Shown here piece by piece: positions 1 to 12,315 of a stretch of DNA of 64,000 bases. This stretch comes from Eledone cirrhosa (Eukaryota). The DNA lies in assembly GCA_964016885.1 (NCBI GenBank), contig OZ024752.1, positions 19,654,001 to 19,718,000 of the forward strand, written 5' to 3'. The notes under the pieces were generated by a model. That model saw nothing but the letters and a program-made list of their open reading frames with translations. It was not told the origin of the DNA and did not search any database. Both the position numbers and the translations under genes were made by a program. Position 1 is the stretch's first letter. The number at the start of each line of letters is the position of its first letter.

Positions 1-3000
1 GGAATCTCTCTCTTTCACTGCAGTGTAGGCAGAAAGGAGTCTCTCTCTTTCACTGCAGTGTAGGCAGAAAGGAATCTCTCTCTTTCACTGCAGTGTAGGC
101 AGAAAGGAGTCTCTCTCTTTCACTGCAGTGTAGGCAGAAAGGAATCTCTCTCTTTCACTGCAGTGTAGGCAGGAAGGAATCTCTCTCTTTTACTGCAGTG
201 TAGGCAGGAAGGAATCTCTCTCTTTCACTGCAGTGTAGGCAGGAAGGAATCTCTCTCTTTCACTGCAGTGTAGGCAGAAAGGAGTCTCTCTCTTTCACTG
301 CAGTGTAGGCAGAAAGGAATCTCTCTCTTTCACTGCAGTGTAGGCAGGAAGGAATCTCTCTCTTTTACTGCAGTGTAGGCAGGAAGGAATCTCTCTCTTT
401 CACTGCAGTGTAGACAGGAAGGAGTCTCTCTCTTCCACTGCAGTGTAGGCAGGAAGGAGTCTCTCTCTTTCACTGCAGTGTAGACAGGAAGGAATCTCTC
501 TCTTTCACTGCAGTGTAGACAGGAAGGAGTCTCTCTCTTCCACTGCAGTGTAGGCAGGAAGGAGTCTCTCTCTTTCACTGCAGTGTAGACAGGAAGGAAT
601 CTCTCTCTTTCACTGCAGTGTAGGCAGGAAGGAATCTCTCTCTTTCACTGCAGTGTAGGCAGGAAGGAATCTCTCTCTTTCACTGCAGTGTAGGCAGGAA
701 GGAATCTCTCTCTTTTACTGCAGTGTAGGCAGGAAGGAATCTCTCTCTTTCACTGCAGTGTAGGCAGGAAGGAATCTCTCTCTTTCACTGCAGTGTAGGC
801 AGAAAGGAGTCTCTCTCTTTCACTGCAGTGTAGGCAGAAAGGAATCTCTCTCTTTCACTGCAGTGTAGGCAGGAAGGAATCTCTCTCTTTTACTGCAGTG
901 TAGGCAGGAAGGAATCTCTCTCTTTCACTGCAGTGTAGACAGGAAGGAGTCTCTCTCTTCCACTGCAGTGTAGGCAGGAAGGAGTCTCTCTCTTTCACTG
1001 CAGTGTAGACAGGAAGGAATCTCTCTCTTTCACTGCAGTGTAGGCAGGAAGGAATCTCTCTCTTTCACTGCAGTGTAGGCAGGAAGGAATCTCTCTCTTT
1101 CACTGCAGTGTAGGCAGAAAGGAGTCTCTCTCTTTCACTGCAGTGTAGGCAGAAAGGAATCTCTCTCTTTCACTGCAGTGTAGGCAGAAAGGAGTCTCTC
1201 TCTTTCACTGCAGTGTAGGCAGAAAGGAATCTCTCTCTTTCACTGCAGTGTAGGCAGGAAGGAATCTCTCTCTTTCACTGCAGTGTAGGCAGAAAGGAGT
1301 CTCTCTCTTTCACTGCAGTGTAGGCAGGAAGGAGTCTCTCTCTTTCACTGCAGTGTAGGCAGGAAGGAATCTCTCTCTTTCACTGCAGTGTAGGCAGGAA
1401 GGAGTCTCTCTCTTTCACTGCAGTGTAGGCAGGAAGTAGTCTATCTCTTTCACTGCAGTGTAGGCAGAAAGGAGTCTCTCTCTTTCACTGCAGTGTAGGC
1501 AGGAAGGAATCTCTCTCTTCCACTGCAGTGTAGGCAGAAAGGAGTCTCTCTCTTTCACTGCAGTGTAGGCAGGAAGTAGTCTATCTCTTTCACTGCAGTG
1601 TAGGCAGAAAGGAGTCTCTCTCTTTCACTGCAGTGTAGGCAGAAAGGAGTCTCTCTCTTTTACTGCAGTGTAGGCAGAAAGGAGTCTCTCTCTTTCACTG
1701 CAGTGTAGGCAGGAAGGAGTCTCTCTCTTTCACTGCAGTGTAGGCAGGAAGGAGTCTCTCTCTTTCACTGCAGTGTAGGCAGAAAGGAGTCTCTCTCTTT
1801 CACTGCAGTGTAGGCAGAAAGGAGTCTCTCTCTTTCACTGCAGTGTAGGCAGAAAGGAGTCTCTCTCTTTCACTGCAGTGTAGACAGGAAGGAGTCTCTC
1901 TCTTTCACTGCAGTGTAGGCAGGAAGGAGTCTCTCTCTTTCACTGCAGTGTAGGCAGAAAGGAGTCTCTCTCTTTCACTGCAGTGTAGGCAGAAAGGAGT
2001 CTCTCTCTTTCACTGCAGTGTAGGCAGAAAGGAGTCTCTCTCTTTCACTGCAGTGTAGGCAGAAAGGAGTCTCTCTCTTTCACTGCAGTGTAGGCAGAAA
2101 GGAGTCTCTCTCTTTCACTGCAGTGTAGGCAGAAAGGAGTCTCTCTCTTTCACTGCAGTGTAGGCAGAAAGGAGTCTCTCTCTTTCACTGCAGTGTAGGC
2201 AGAAAGGAATCTCTCTCTTTTACTGCAGTGTAGGCAGAAAGGAGTCTCTCTCTTTTACTGCAGTGTAGGCAGAAAGGAGTCTCTCTCTTTTACTGCAGTG
2301 TAGGCAGAAAGGAGTCTCTCTCTTTCACTGCAGTGTAGGCAGAAAGGAGTCTCTCTCTTTCACTGCAGTGTAGGCAGAAAGGAATCTCTCTCTTTTACTG
2401 CAGTGTAGGCAGAAAGGAGTCTCTCTCTTTTACTGCAGTGTAGGCAGAAAGGAGTCTCTCTCTTTCACTGCAGTGTAGACAGGAAGGAGTCTCTCTCTTT
2501 CACTGCAGTGTAGGCAGGAAGGAGTCTCTCTCTTTCACTGCAGTGTAGGCAGAAAGGAGTCTCTCTCTTTCACTGCAGTGTAGGCAGAAAGGAGTCTCTC
2601 TCTTTCACTGCAGTGTAGGCAGAAAGGAGTCTCTCTCTTTCACTGCAGTGTAGGCAGAAAGGAGTCTCTCTCTTTTACTGAAGTGTAGGCAGGAAGGAAT
2701 CTCTCTCTTTCACTGCAGTGTAGACAGGAAGGAATCTCTCTCTTTCACTGCAGTGTAGGCAGAAAGGACTCTCTCTCTTTCACTGCAGTGTAGGCAGGAA
2801 GGAGTCTCTCTCTTTCACTGCAGTGTAGACAGAAAGGAGTCTCTCTCTTTTACTGCAGTGTAGGCAGAAAGGAGTCTCTCTCTTTCACTGCAGTGTAGGC
2901 AGGAAGGAGTCTCTCTCTTTCACTGCAGTGTAGGCAGAAAGGAGTCTCTCTCTTTCACTGCAGTGTAGACAGGAAGGAATCTCTCTCTTTCACTGCAGTG

Positions 3001-4569
3001 TAGGCATGAAGGAGTCTCTCTCTTTTACTGCAGTGTAGGCAGAAAGGAGTCTCTCTCTTTCACTGCAGTGTAGGCAGGAAGGAGTCTCTCTCTTTTACTG
3101 CAGTGTAGGCAGAAAGGAGTCTCTCTCTTTCACTGCAGTGTAGGCAGGACGGAATCTCTCTCTTTTACTGCAGTGTAGGCATGAAGGAGTCTCTCTCTTT
3201 CACTGCAGTGTAGACAGGAAGGAGTCTCTCTCTTCCACTGCAGTGTAGGCAGGAAGTAGTCTATCTCTTTCACTGCAGTGTAGGCAGAAAGGAGTCTCTC
3301 TCTTTCACTGCAGTGTAGGCAGGAAGGAGTCTCTCTCTTTCACTGCAGTGTAGGCAGAAAGGAGTCTCTCTCTTTCACTGCAGTGTAGGCAGGAAGTAGT
3401 CTATCTCTTCCACTGCAGTGTAGGCAGAAAGGAGTCTCTCTCTTTCACTGCAGTGTAGGCAGGAAGGAGTCTCTCTCTTCCACTGCAGTGTAGGCAGGAA
3501 GTAGTCTATCTCTTTCACTGCAGTGTAGGCAGAAAGGAGTCTCTCTCTTTCACTGCAATGTAGACAGGAAGGAGTCTCTCTCTTTCACTGCAGTGTAGGC
3601 AGGAAGGAGTCTCTCTCTTTCACTGCAGTGTAGGCAGAAAGGAGTCTCTCTCTTTCACTGCAGTGTAGGCAGAAAGGAGTCTCTCTCTTTCACTGCAGTG
3701 TAGACAGGAAGGAGTCTCTCTCTTTCACTGCAGTGTAGGCAGGAAGGAGTCTCTCTCTTTCACTGCAGTGTAGGCAGAAAGGAGTCTCTCTCTTTCACTG
3801 CAGTGTAGGCAGAAAGGAGTCTCTCTCTTTCACTGCAGTGTAGACAGGAAGGAGTCTCTCTCTTTCACTGCAGTGTAGGCAGGAAGGAGTCTCTCTCTTT
3901 CACTGCAGTGTAGGCAGAAAGGAGTCTCTCTCTTTCACTGCAGTGTAGGCAGAAAGGAGTCTCTCTCTTTCACTGCAGTGTAGACAGGAAGGAGTCTCTC
4001 TCTTTCACTGCAGTGTAGGCAGGAAGTAGTCTATCTCTTCCACTGCAGTGTAGGCAGAAAGGAGTCTCTCTCTTTCACTGCAGTGTAGGCAGGAAGGAAT
4101 CTCTCTCTTTCACTGCAGTGTAGGCAGGAAGGAGTCTCTCTCTTTTACTGCAGTGTAGGCAGGAAGGAGTCTCTCTCTTTTACTGCAGTGTAGGCAGGAA
4201 GGAATCTCTCTCTTTCACTGCAGTGTAGGCAGGAAGGAGTCTCTCTCTTTTACTGCAGTGTAGGCAGGAAGGAATCTCTCTCTTTCACTGCAGTGTAGGC
4301 AGGAAGGAGTCTCTCTCTTTCACTGCAGTGTAGGCAGGAAGGAGTCTCTCTCTTTTACTGCAGTGTAGGCAGGAAGGAGTCTATCTCTTCCACTGCAGTG
4401 TAGGCAGGAAGGAATCTCTCTCTTTCACTGCAGTGTAGGCAGAAAGGACTCTCTCTCTTTCACTGCAGTGTAGGCAGAAAGGACTCTCTCTCTTTCACTG
4501 CAGTGTAGGCAGGAAGGAATCTCTCTCTTTCACTGCAGTGTAGGCAGGAAGGAATCTCTCTCTTTCACT
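1..4569. repeat. 35-bp minisatellite, ~130 copies (GGARTCTCTCTCTTTCACTGCAGTGTAGGCAGRAA), open at window start
   Basis: Strict 35-bp period (register recurs every 420 nt). Each unit contains the palindrome CACTGCAGTG. Confidence 0.98.
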
Positions 4570-4959
4570 CCTCTACTTCCTCCTAAGCATGATACTAATA
4601 AGACTTTGTGTTTTTGCATCCCTGTTTTTGTGTTGTCATTTCTTTAAGTATGTACATCATCATCACCATTTTACGTCCGTTCTTCCACACTAGCATGGGT
4701 TAGATGGGTTGTCCTGTTGTGGGCACTGTCCGGTCAGCTGACCTTGTCTTGCTCATACAGGAACTGATGCTGGCTTGATTTCTACAGCTGGATGCCCTTC
4801 CTAACACCAACTTCATTTACAGTGAGTGCTGGGTGCTTTTTTTCCGTGATGCCTACACATCCACTTTACAGTGTGGGCTGGGTGCTTTTTTGCCATGTAA
4901 GCTCCACGCCCACTTTGTAGTGGAATGATAGGGACACCAGTCCTATCATCTCATTTCTA

Positions 4960-5065
4960 GAGCTGAGTAAACTGGAGCAATGTGAAATAAAGTGTCTTGC
5001 TCAAAGAAACAACACATCACCCGGTCCAAGAATTGAACTCACAACCTTTCGATTGCAAGCCCAAT
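4960..5065 (-). mobile_element. tRNA-derived SINE (family B) fragment
   Basis: Reverse complement of the head/core of the copy at 17200 (ttgagcaagacactttatttcac..tgctccagtt). Confidence 0.7.
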
Positions 5066-5202
5066 ATATATATATATATATATATATCATCATCATCGTT
5101 TAACGTCCATCTTCCATACTAGCTGTTTGTTTCATATGTGTATGTATGTATATATATCTATATAACTATGATGTTAGGATAAGGTGTCTTAAGTGTGAAA
5201 AT

Positions 5203-5388
5203 AATTGTTTCTACTTTTGGCACAAGACCAGCAATTACCCTGTACATTACTGGTACTTTATTTTATCGACCCCGTAAGGATGAAAGGCAAAGTTAACTAT
5301 GACGGGATTTGAACTCAGACTGTAAAGGGATGTAACTATGCTAGAAAGCATGGCGTCTAACCCTCTACCGATACTATGAATTCACCGC
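5203..5388 (-). mobile_element. tRNA-derived SINE (family A, Nin-domain-like core GCCTTTCATCCTTACGGGGTCGATAAAA)
   Basis: Matches ~25 other copies in the window; B-box GAGTTCAAATC; (ATT)n tail. Confidence 0.85.
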
Positions 5389-5454
5389 CTTTATTTTGTA
5401 CAGAGAAATAGTGGAAAGTATTTGCACTTCATTATTTTCACTTAAGTGTGAAAA

Positions 5455-5646
5455 TAATTGTTTCTACTTTTGACACAAGGCCAGCAATTATCCCAGTGTA
5501 TTACTGGTATTTTATTTTATCGACCCCGTAAGGATGAAAGGCAAAGTTAACCTCGGCGGGATTTGAACTCAGACCATAAAGGGCCGTAACTCTATGCTGC
5601 AAGGCATGGTGTCTGACCCTCTACCGATACTCCCAATCCACTGCCC
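5455..5646 (-). mobile_element. SINE family A with TSD CTTAAGTGTGAAAATAAT
   Basis: Full-length copy flanked by an 18-bp direct repeat. Confidence 0.85.
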
Positions 5647-5788
5647 TTAAGTGTGAAAATAATGAAGTGCAAATACTTTCCACTATTTCTCTGTACAAAA
5701 TAAAAGACAAGATCACCTTTATGTATTTCTGAGGTTTTTGTCTCCTCAAAATATTGCTATTCCTATGATTTTTATTAAGAAGAACATT

Positions 5789-7306
5789 GCTATAAGTCAG
5801 TCTAATTTGCTATAAGTCAGTTGCTAATAGCCAGTCTAATTAGCTATAAGTCAGTTTCTAATAGCCAGTCTAATTTGCTATAAGTCAGTTGCTAATAGCC
5901 AGTCTAATTTGCTATAAGTCAGTTGCTAATAGCCAGTCTAATTTGCTATAAGTCAGTTGCTAATAGCCAGTCTAATTTGCTATAAGTCAGTTGCTAATAG
6001 CCAGTCTAATTTGCTATAAGTCAGTTGCTAATAGTCAGTCTAATTTGCTATAAGTCAGTTGCTAATAGCCAGTCTAATTTGCTATAAGTCAGTTGCTAAT
6101 AGCCAGTCTAATTTGCTATAAGTCAGTTGCTAATAGTCAGTCTAATTTGCTATAAGTCAGTTGCTAATAGCCAGTCTAATTTGCTATAAGTCAGTTGCTA
6201 ATAGCCAGTCTAATTTGCTATAAGTCAGTTGCTAATAGTCAGTCTAATTTGCTATAAGTCAGTTGCTAATAGCCAGTCTAATTTGCTATAAGTCAGTTGC
6301 TAATAGTCAGTCTAATTTGCTATAAGTCAGTTGCTAATAGCCAGTCTAATTTGCTATAAGTCAGTTGCTAATAGCCAGTCTAATTTGCTATAAGTCAGTT
6401 GCTAATAGTCAGTCTAATTTGCTATAAGTCAGTTGCTAATAGCCAGTCTAATTTGCTATAAGTCAGTTGCTAATAGCCAGTCTAATTTGCTATAAGTCAG
6501 TTGCTAATAGTCAGTCTAATTTGCTATAAGTCAGTTGCTAATAGCCAGTCTAATTTGCTATAAGTCAGTTGCTAATAGTCAGTCTAATTTGCTATAAGTC
6601 AGTTGCTAATAGCCAGTCTAATTTGCTATAAGTCAGTTGCTAATAGCCAGTCTAATTTGCTATAAGTCAGTTGCTAATAGTCAGTCTAATTTGCTATAAG
6701 TCAGTTGCTAATAGCCAGTCTAATTTGCTATAAGTCAGTTGCTAATAGCCAGTCTAATTTGCTATAAGTCAGTTGCTAATAGTCAGTCTAATTTGCTATA
6801 AGTCAGTTGCTAATAGCCAGTCTAATTTGCTATAAGTCAGTTGCTAATAGTCAGTCTAATTTGCTATAAGTCAGTTGCTAATAGCCAGTCTAATTTGCTA
6901 TAAGTCAGTTGCTAATAGCCAGTCTAATTTGCTATAAGTCAGTTGCTAATAGTCAGTCTAATTTGCTATAAGTCAGTTGCTAATAGCCAGTCTAATTTGC
7001 TATAAGTCAGTTGCTAATAGCCAGTCTAATTAGCTATAAGTCAGTTTCTAATAGTCAGTCTAATTTGCTATAAGTCAGTTGCTAATAGCCAGTCTAATTT
7101 GCTATAAGTCAGTTGCTAATAGCCAGTCTAATTTGCTATAAGTCAGTTGCTAATAGCCAGTCTAATTTGCTATAAGTCAGTTGCTAATAGCCAGTCTAAT
7201 TTGCTATAAGTCAGTTGCTAATAGTCAGTCTAATTTGCTATAAGTCAGTTGCTAATAGCCAGTCTAATTTGCTATAAGTCAGTTGCTAATAGCCAGTCTA
7301 ATTTGC
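5789..7306. repeat. 34-bp minisatellite, ~44 copies (GCTATAAGTCAGTTGCTAATAGYCAGTCTAATTT)
   Basis: Near-perfect tandem array. The unit itself looks like two diverged GCTA..AGYCAGT subunits. Confidence 0.98.
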
Positions 7307-7960
7307 ACCTTATGCACTGTGTCGTGTATAGCAACCAGAGGATTAATACTGCTGTGTTTGAATTAGAAGACTTCACTGTGAAAAGAATGAAGTGTAAACA
7401 CTTTCCACTATTCCCTTGTATCCAGAAGAGATTACCTTTATGCTTTTCGGAGATTTTAGTTTCCTCATCTAAACTTAGTCTCCACACCATATCTACACAT
7501 ATGATTCTGCATACTAACACTATATATATATCTTTGAGTGTCAAAGATCTGGAGCTCCATGCAGATGTCATATGATCACATGTTGATGTGGACCCCATAT
7601 TAATTTACAGCTCATACTGTGCCACAAAAGTGACAAGAAATGTGACAATGGTAACGTTAACTCTGGTCGACACTATCGTATTCCTCTCGACCCTCTACAG
7701 CGAATGACCCCTATTTGCCTTCTCATCTTCAATATTAAATAAAAGATACAAGCTTCCATTTGTCATGTCACAGCTTAGGAAGCATGCATTTTGTCACACA
7801 CAGGCTAGGGGCTCATTTTAACTCCTCTTTCAAGGGCATATAGAAAATTGGCCCTTTATTTGCAATATAGGGATGAGTCACGTTATCCCTTGCTTCTTCT
7901 AGGAAAAAAATCTTCGAGCAAAGAGGTATTTTCGTTTGTTATATATCTCCTCAACATTTT

Positions 7961-8440
7961 TTACTTTTTCTCGAGCTGAAAGAAGTGATATGCCACGATA
8001 ATTGCCACATTTGTCCTTCCCACCCTTTCCATTGTGGAGAATCCCCATAGCACATCCTTCAAAACTTGTGGGACATTCTCATCTTCCCACACCTTTTTCA
8101 TGAGGTCAGACAGACGCTGCATAAAGTTTTCACCACCGCATTTCAAAACCTCTGCACTCAGACCATTCATACCAGGGGACTTACCACAGTTCAGCTTATG
8201 CACAGCAGAAGTCACCTTTGCAAGAGAAGGTACATCAGCCATCTCACTGGTTCAATAGGAGTGGAGCAAATGAAATCATCATTAACCTGGGATGGCTGGT
8301 TTAACAGCTCATTACAGTGATCTCTCCATCTGTTGAGTACGTTTTTTGGATTGTGCAGTAACTGCTTGCCATCTTTTGATCTCAATGGTGTCACTGATGA
8401 GCTGAAAGGACTATACATCTGGCACCACCTATACACCAAT
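7961..8440 (-). mobile_element. RTE-clade LINE fragment (endonuclease-RT linker and start of RT), frameshifted
   Basis: PLRSKDGKQLL..VLNRWRDH.NELLN / KLNCGKSPGMNGLSAEVLKCGG..VWEDENVPQ. Confidence 0.85.
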
Positions 8441-9085
8441 TTATTGACACTTTGCAGTTGATCATTGCTGTTTTCATGACAAAGAGGGACATAACAATTT
8501 TTTAGATGTTGAGGTGGGGAATGGTAGACAAAAGGTTGTGAACCACTGAGTTAGACTGTTTTAATCGCTTCAATTGTTGTTTTCTCAGCTATTTTGCGTG
8601 TTTTTCAAATGTAACTTAAATGTTTGTGTTTGGAGTTTTATCTGTTTAATAGCCATATTGTCTGTGGAAAGATTTCGGTGAATCTTTTCAATAATAATGA
8701 TAAAGCAGGTTTCCATGGTGATGATTTGGTGTAAATTAGAACGCTGGCATATACGTGTATGTATGCACATGTGTGCTCATGTATCTATAAGTATGTATTT
8801 ATACAAGAATGTAAGTATGATGTTGATGTATGAGAAGTTTTCTATTAAGTGTTTCTCACAACCCTCTTCATCTCATCTTCTCCTCATCGTCTCTCCTCCA
8901 TCGTCACCATAACATTTCACTCAAGTCTACTAGAATCATCAACTAAAGAGTGACAGAAGACATATTTAACTCTTTGGCAAAGCATCCACGAGATGAAACA
9001 CTTAAAATCTCGCTCAGTTGTACTTTTAATAATACTGGTGACAATATAGGTTAGTAGAATAAAGGGATGTACTGCTCCTTCACCT

Positions 9086-9134
<49 letters not shown>

Positions 9135-9358
9135 ATATATATATATATATATATGATAATAAGGGCACTGCGGAGTTGCAAATGGGTTACATATGAAAAA
9201 AGTTTGTCCTTCATCAGTGATCTTCCAACCATCATAGGCATTTCATCGCTTTAAAGACCATATACCTCCGGTTGGTGCGAGCAACGGCTAAAAAAAGTCG
9301 TTGGGACACGTAAATAAAGGGGACGCGAGGGTAAACAAACAAAATGGTGAAGCAACAG

Positions 9359-9423
<65 letters not shown>

Positions 9424-9598
9424 CAAGTATTGCACCAAGAAAGATATAAATTTCGGCGAGAAAGAAAATTAGGAATTTATTTGCTTTAACATATGTTTCT
9501 ATGTCTATTATAATTGTCTACATATGCTGACTACAATATATATTGTTCAAACCTGATATACATAAACAAAACCTTACCTACCCTCACACACACACATA

Positions 9599-9700
9599 CA
9601 GGGTGTCCCAAAAAATGTATACACACTTCAACAGCATTCTAATAAATATTGCCTGTACAGCTAATCAAAAATGTGCATACATTTTGGGGGGGACACCTTG
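9599..9700. mobile_element. Tc1/mariner-type MITE (~100 bp)
   Basis: TA|CAGGGTGTCCCAAAAAATGTAT ... ATACATTTTGGGGGGGACACCTTG|TA. Confidence 0.75.
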
Positions 9701-9770
9701 TATATATATACGCGTGTGTGTGTGTGTCTTGCTCTCGCCTATCTTTCTATTTTCTCTAACTCTCATTCCA

Positions 9771-9806
9771 TCTTCTGATGAAGGAGTAACGTCTGAAACG
9801 TTAAGA
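9771..9806 (+). ncRNA. Minimal type I hammerhead ribozyme motif (Penelope-like)
   Basis: TCTT-CTGATGA-AGG(agtaacg)TCT-GAAA-CG-TT-AAGA: stem I TCTT/AAGA, both core boxes, palindromic AACGTT stem III. Confidence 0.6.
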
Positions 9807-10095
9807 CTCTATTCCTACTATATCAAGAGACAAACTAATATATATCATCAATGTACTGATTTGTTGCTGTGTTGCTTTTTTCTCGTTGACATTTCACATA
9901 CACACACGTCTATGTGTACATGGCTTAGTACGTTCTAATATAGGTGTCAGGATAGCTAGTACATATGGGTGAAATTTGGTAGACAAAAACTGTATGAAGG
10001 GGTTACGAGACCATAGCGTACAATATCAAGCCAGTCTACTTTACAGTAAACAAAATAGGTACAATGGAGAGGTATCGTTGTGTTCCTATCGTCCC

Positions 10096-10705
10096 TTAAC
10101 GATCTGAGTTCAAATCCCGCCGAGGTTGACTTTGCCTTTCATCCTTACGGGGTCGATAAAATAAAGTACCAGTAATGCACTGGGTAATTGCTGGCTTTGT
10201 GCCAAAAGTAGAAACAATTATTACGAGAACAAGAAAAATGTTTAGAATTACTGCTTTAGCTACTCTCTTCAATAATAGTTTCAAATTTAGGTACAAGGCC
10301 AGCAATTTAGGTACAAGGAAAGTCAATTAAATCGATCTCATTACATTACTGGTGCTTTATTTTATCGACCCCGTAAGAGTGAAAAGCAAAGCTAACCTCG
10401 GCGAGATTTGAATTCAGAATGGAAACGGCCGTAACTCTACGCCGCAAAGCAGGGTGTCCGGCGCTCTACCGATACAGTTAATACACCGCCATTAATGGTT
10501 TCAAATTTAGACACAAAGCCAGCAGTTTGGGGGTCGGGGAAAATCGATTATATCGACCTCAGTACTTTACTGATACTTTAGTTTATCTATCATGGACGGA
10601 TGAAAAGCAAAGCTGGCTTCGGCGGGATTTGAACTGAGAATGTAAAGAGTCGGAACGAAAACCACAAAGGAATTTTTCCGGAGCTCTACGGAACGATTCT
10701 GCCAA
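10096..10705. mobile_element. Cluster of three SINE family A copies (one +, two -)
   Basis: Core and tail similarity to other copies. Confidence 0.75.
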
Positions 10706-10845
10706 TAACTGCACCCTCCTTCTCCTTAAATGGGCAGGTGATTCCTTCAATAATAATTGCACCCTCCTCCTTCTCCTTAAATGGGCAGGTGATTCCTTCA
10801 ATAATAATTGCACCCTCCTCCCCCTCCTTAAATGGGCAGGTGATT
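10705..10845. repeat. ~50-bp tandem repeat x3
   Basis: AATAATTGCACCCTCCTCCTTCTCCTTAAATGGGCAGGTGATT repeated. Confidence 0.85.
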
Positions 10846-10891
10846 AAGATGTTCTATTATGACAAGAAGATCGAAAAAAAAAAAAAAAGTA

Positions 10892-11043
10892 ACGTATTTC
10901 CCGGCGCCGAGGACGCACCCTAATTTTGACAACCAAAAATTTGAAAAAAAAATAATAAACAACTTTCGGCCTCCAGAATGCATGGTAGATTTTTGAGACT
11001 TATTTTAGGGAAAATGTAGCGTCTTCGACGCCGGGAAATACGA
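10892..11043. mobile_element. pogo/Tigger-like MITE
   Basis: Inverted termini CGTATTTCCCGGCGCCGAGGACGC / GCGTCTTCGACGCCGGGAAATACG. Confidence 0.75.
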
Positions 11044-11067
11044 TAATGTTAATGTGATGGTACTTAC

Positions 11068-11135
11068 TGAGTAAGGCAAGTATATTGAGTAGTTGTCCAA
11101 ATACGCAGCTCTCTGGAGGATATGTCCCAGTGTCA
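11068..11135 (-). CDS. DRAM: DRAM family gene, third coding exon (68 nt; (S)DTGTYPPESCVFGQLLNILALL)
   Basis: gtttctttccag|TGACACTGGG...TTACTCA|gtaagta. Encodes the hallmark ISDTG..PPESC.FGQ.LN motif. No further downstream exon was recognised in the window, so the gene probably continues beyond position 1. Confidence 0.95.
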
Positions 11136-11519
11136 CTGGAAAGAAACAGCGACATACTATAAAGTGGAGTTTAAAACATGGAACATTAAATAACAGGCGA
11201 TGCAAGCAATCAAAATATACATATTTATGTGGTCTGGATCTTCTATAGATGGCTTGGGATGGTGCCCCCCCCCCCCCCCATCTCTCTCACGTACGACTAT
11301 TCAGAGAGAACAGATTCATACCACATGACCCTTCCTGGAAGGAAAATAAGGTTTATTGAACTTTGAATATCAGTAAACTCAGAAGTCACGTGTTTCTCTT
11401 TCACGAAGAGAATTATTTAAAAAGTTATAACCCGATGCTGTTTGTGGACCTTTTAAAAGAATTCCACATTATTCCAGACAGCGAGAAGTTGTAAAAGCTA
11501 TTGGTCGTATTATATGGAG

Positions 11520-12310
11520 GTGTAGAAAATGAAAGGCAAATTAAAACGTTACAGTGCGAAGGAAGACACCCTTGGAAATATATATTCGATTTGATATTAG
11601 TCTTAATATCTAACTCCCGGTGACCTGTTCTGTGTAATGGAATGGAACTGCGGTCAAAATCACGAAGTTTACATCGATGAAAGTTTGATGCTCAAATAAA
11701 AAAAGAACTAAAAAAACAAAACATGCAAGCAGGATCATCCAACAGTTTTGTGTTGTTGAATTTTATGAGAATACCGTAAAACAAGGAACATATACCTGAC
11801 AGGACTAAACTGTTATTATAGAAAACGTATTGCCCGGAAACTATCATTTTTACCGACCAGAAGTCTGCTAAGTTTCATCCAAGGCAGGTTGTATTCATGG
11901 CACAGTGAACTATTCACACCATTTTGTAGACCTTGTCACTGGTGTTTATACAAATAATTGTTTCTACATTTGGCACAAGGCTAGCAATTGGCGGGATTTG
12001 AACTCCGAATGGCAAGGGCCGTAACTCTATGCTTCAAAGCATGGCGTCCGACCCTCTACTGATACTGCCAATCCACCGCCCTTTATTTATACAAATAATT
12101 GTTTCTACTTTAGGCACAAGGCCAGCAATTACTCAGTACACTACTGGTACTTTATTTTATCGACCTTGTAAGGATGAAAGGCAAAGTTAACCTTGGCGGG
12201 ATTTGAACTCAGACTGTAAAGGGACGTAACTATGCTAGAAAGCATGGCGTCCAACCCTCTACCGATACTGCCAATCCACCGTTTATACAAATAATGTGGA
12301 ATCTTTATAT
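11520..12310 (+). pseudogene. Merlin (ISXO2/IS1595-like DDE) transposase fossil, interrupted by two SINEs
   Basis: Manual translation gives GQNHEVYIDES (~11652), ENVLPG/TIIFTDQKSA (~11821) and HGTVNYSHHFVDLVTGVYTNN|VESL, the last rejoined across the SINE insertion. Contains stops and frameshifts. Confidence 0.8.
11955..12280 (-). mobile_element. Two tandem SINE family A copies with triplicated TSD TTTATACAAATAAT
   Basis: TSD present at ~11945, ~12086 and ~12282. Confidence 0.85.
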
Positions 12311-12315
12311 AACTA

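Noticed and set aside
1-7306. 35-bp and 34-bp arrays as CRISPR or coding repeats
   Set aside because: Units are contiguous with no unique spacers, there are no cas genes, the context is eukaryotic, and the periods are not multiples of 3.
7272-7598. Candidate fourth DRAM exon
   Set aside because: Lacks the expected Y.RY...ANFQ-type sequence and a convincing acceptor.
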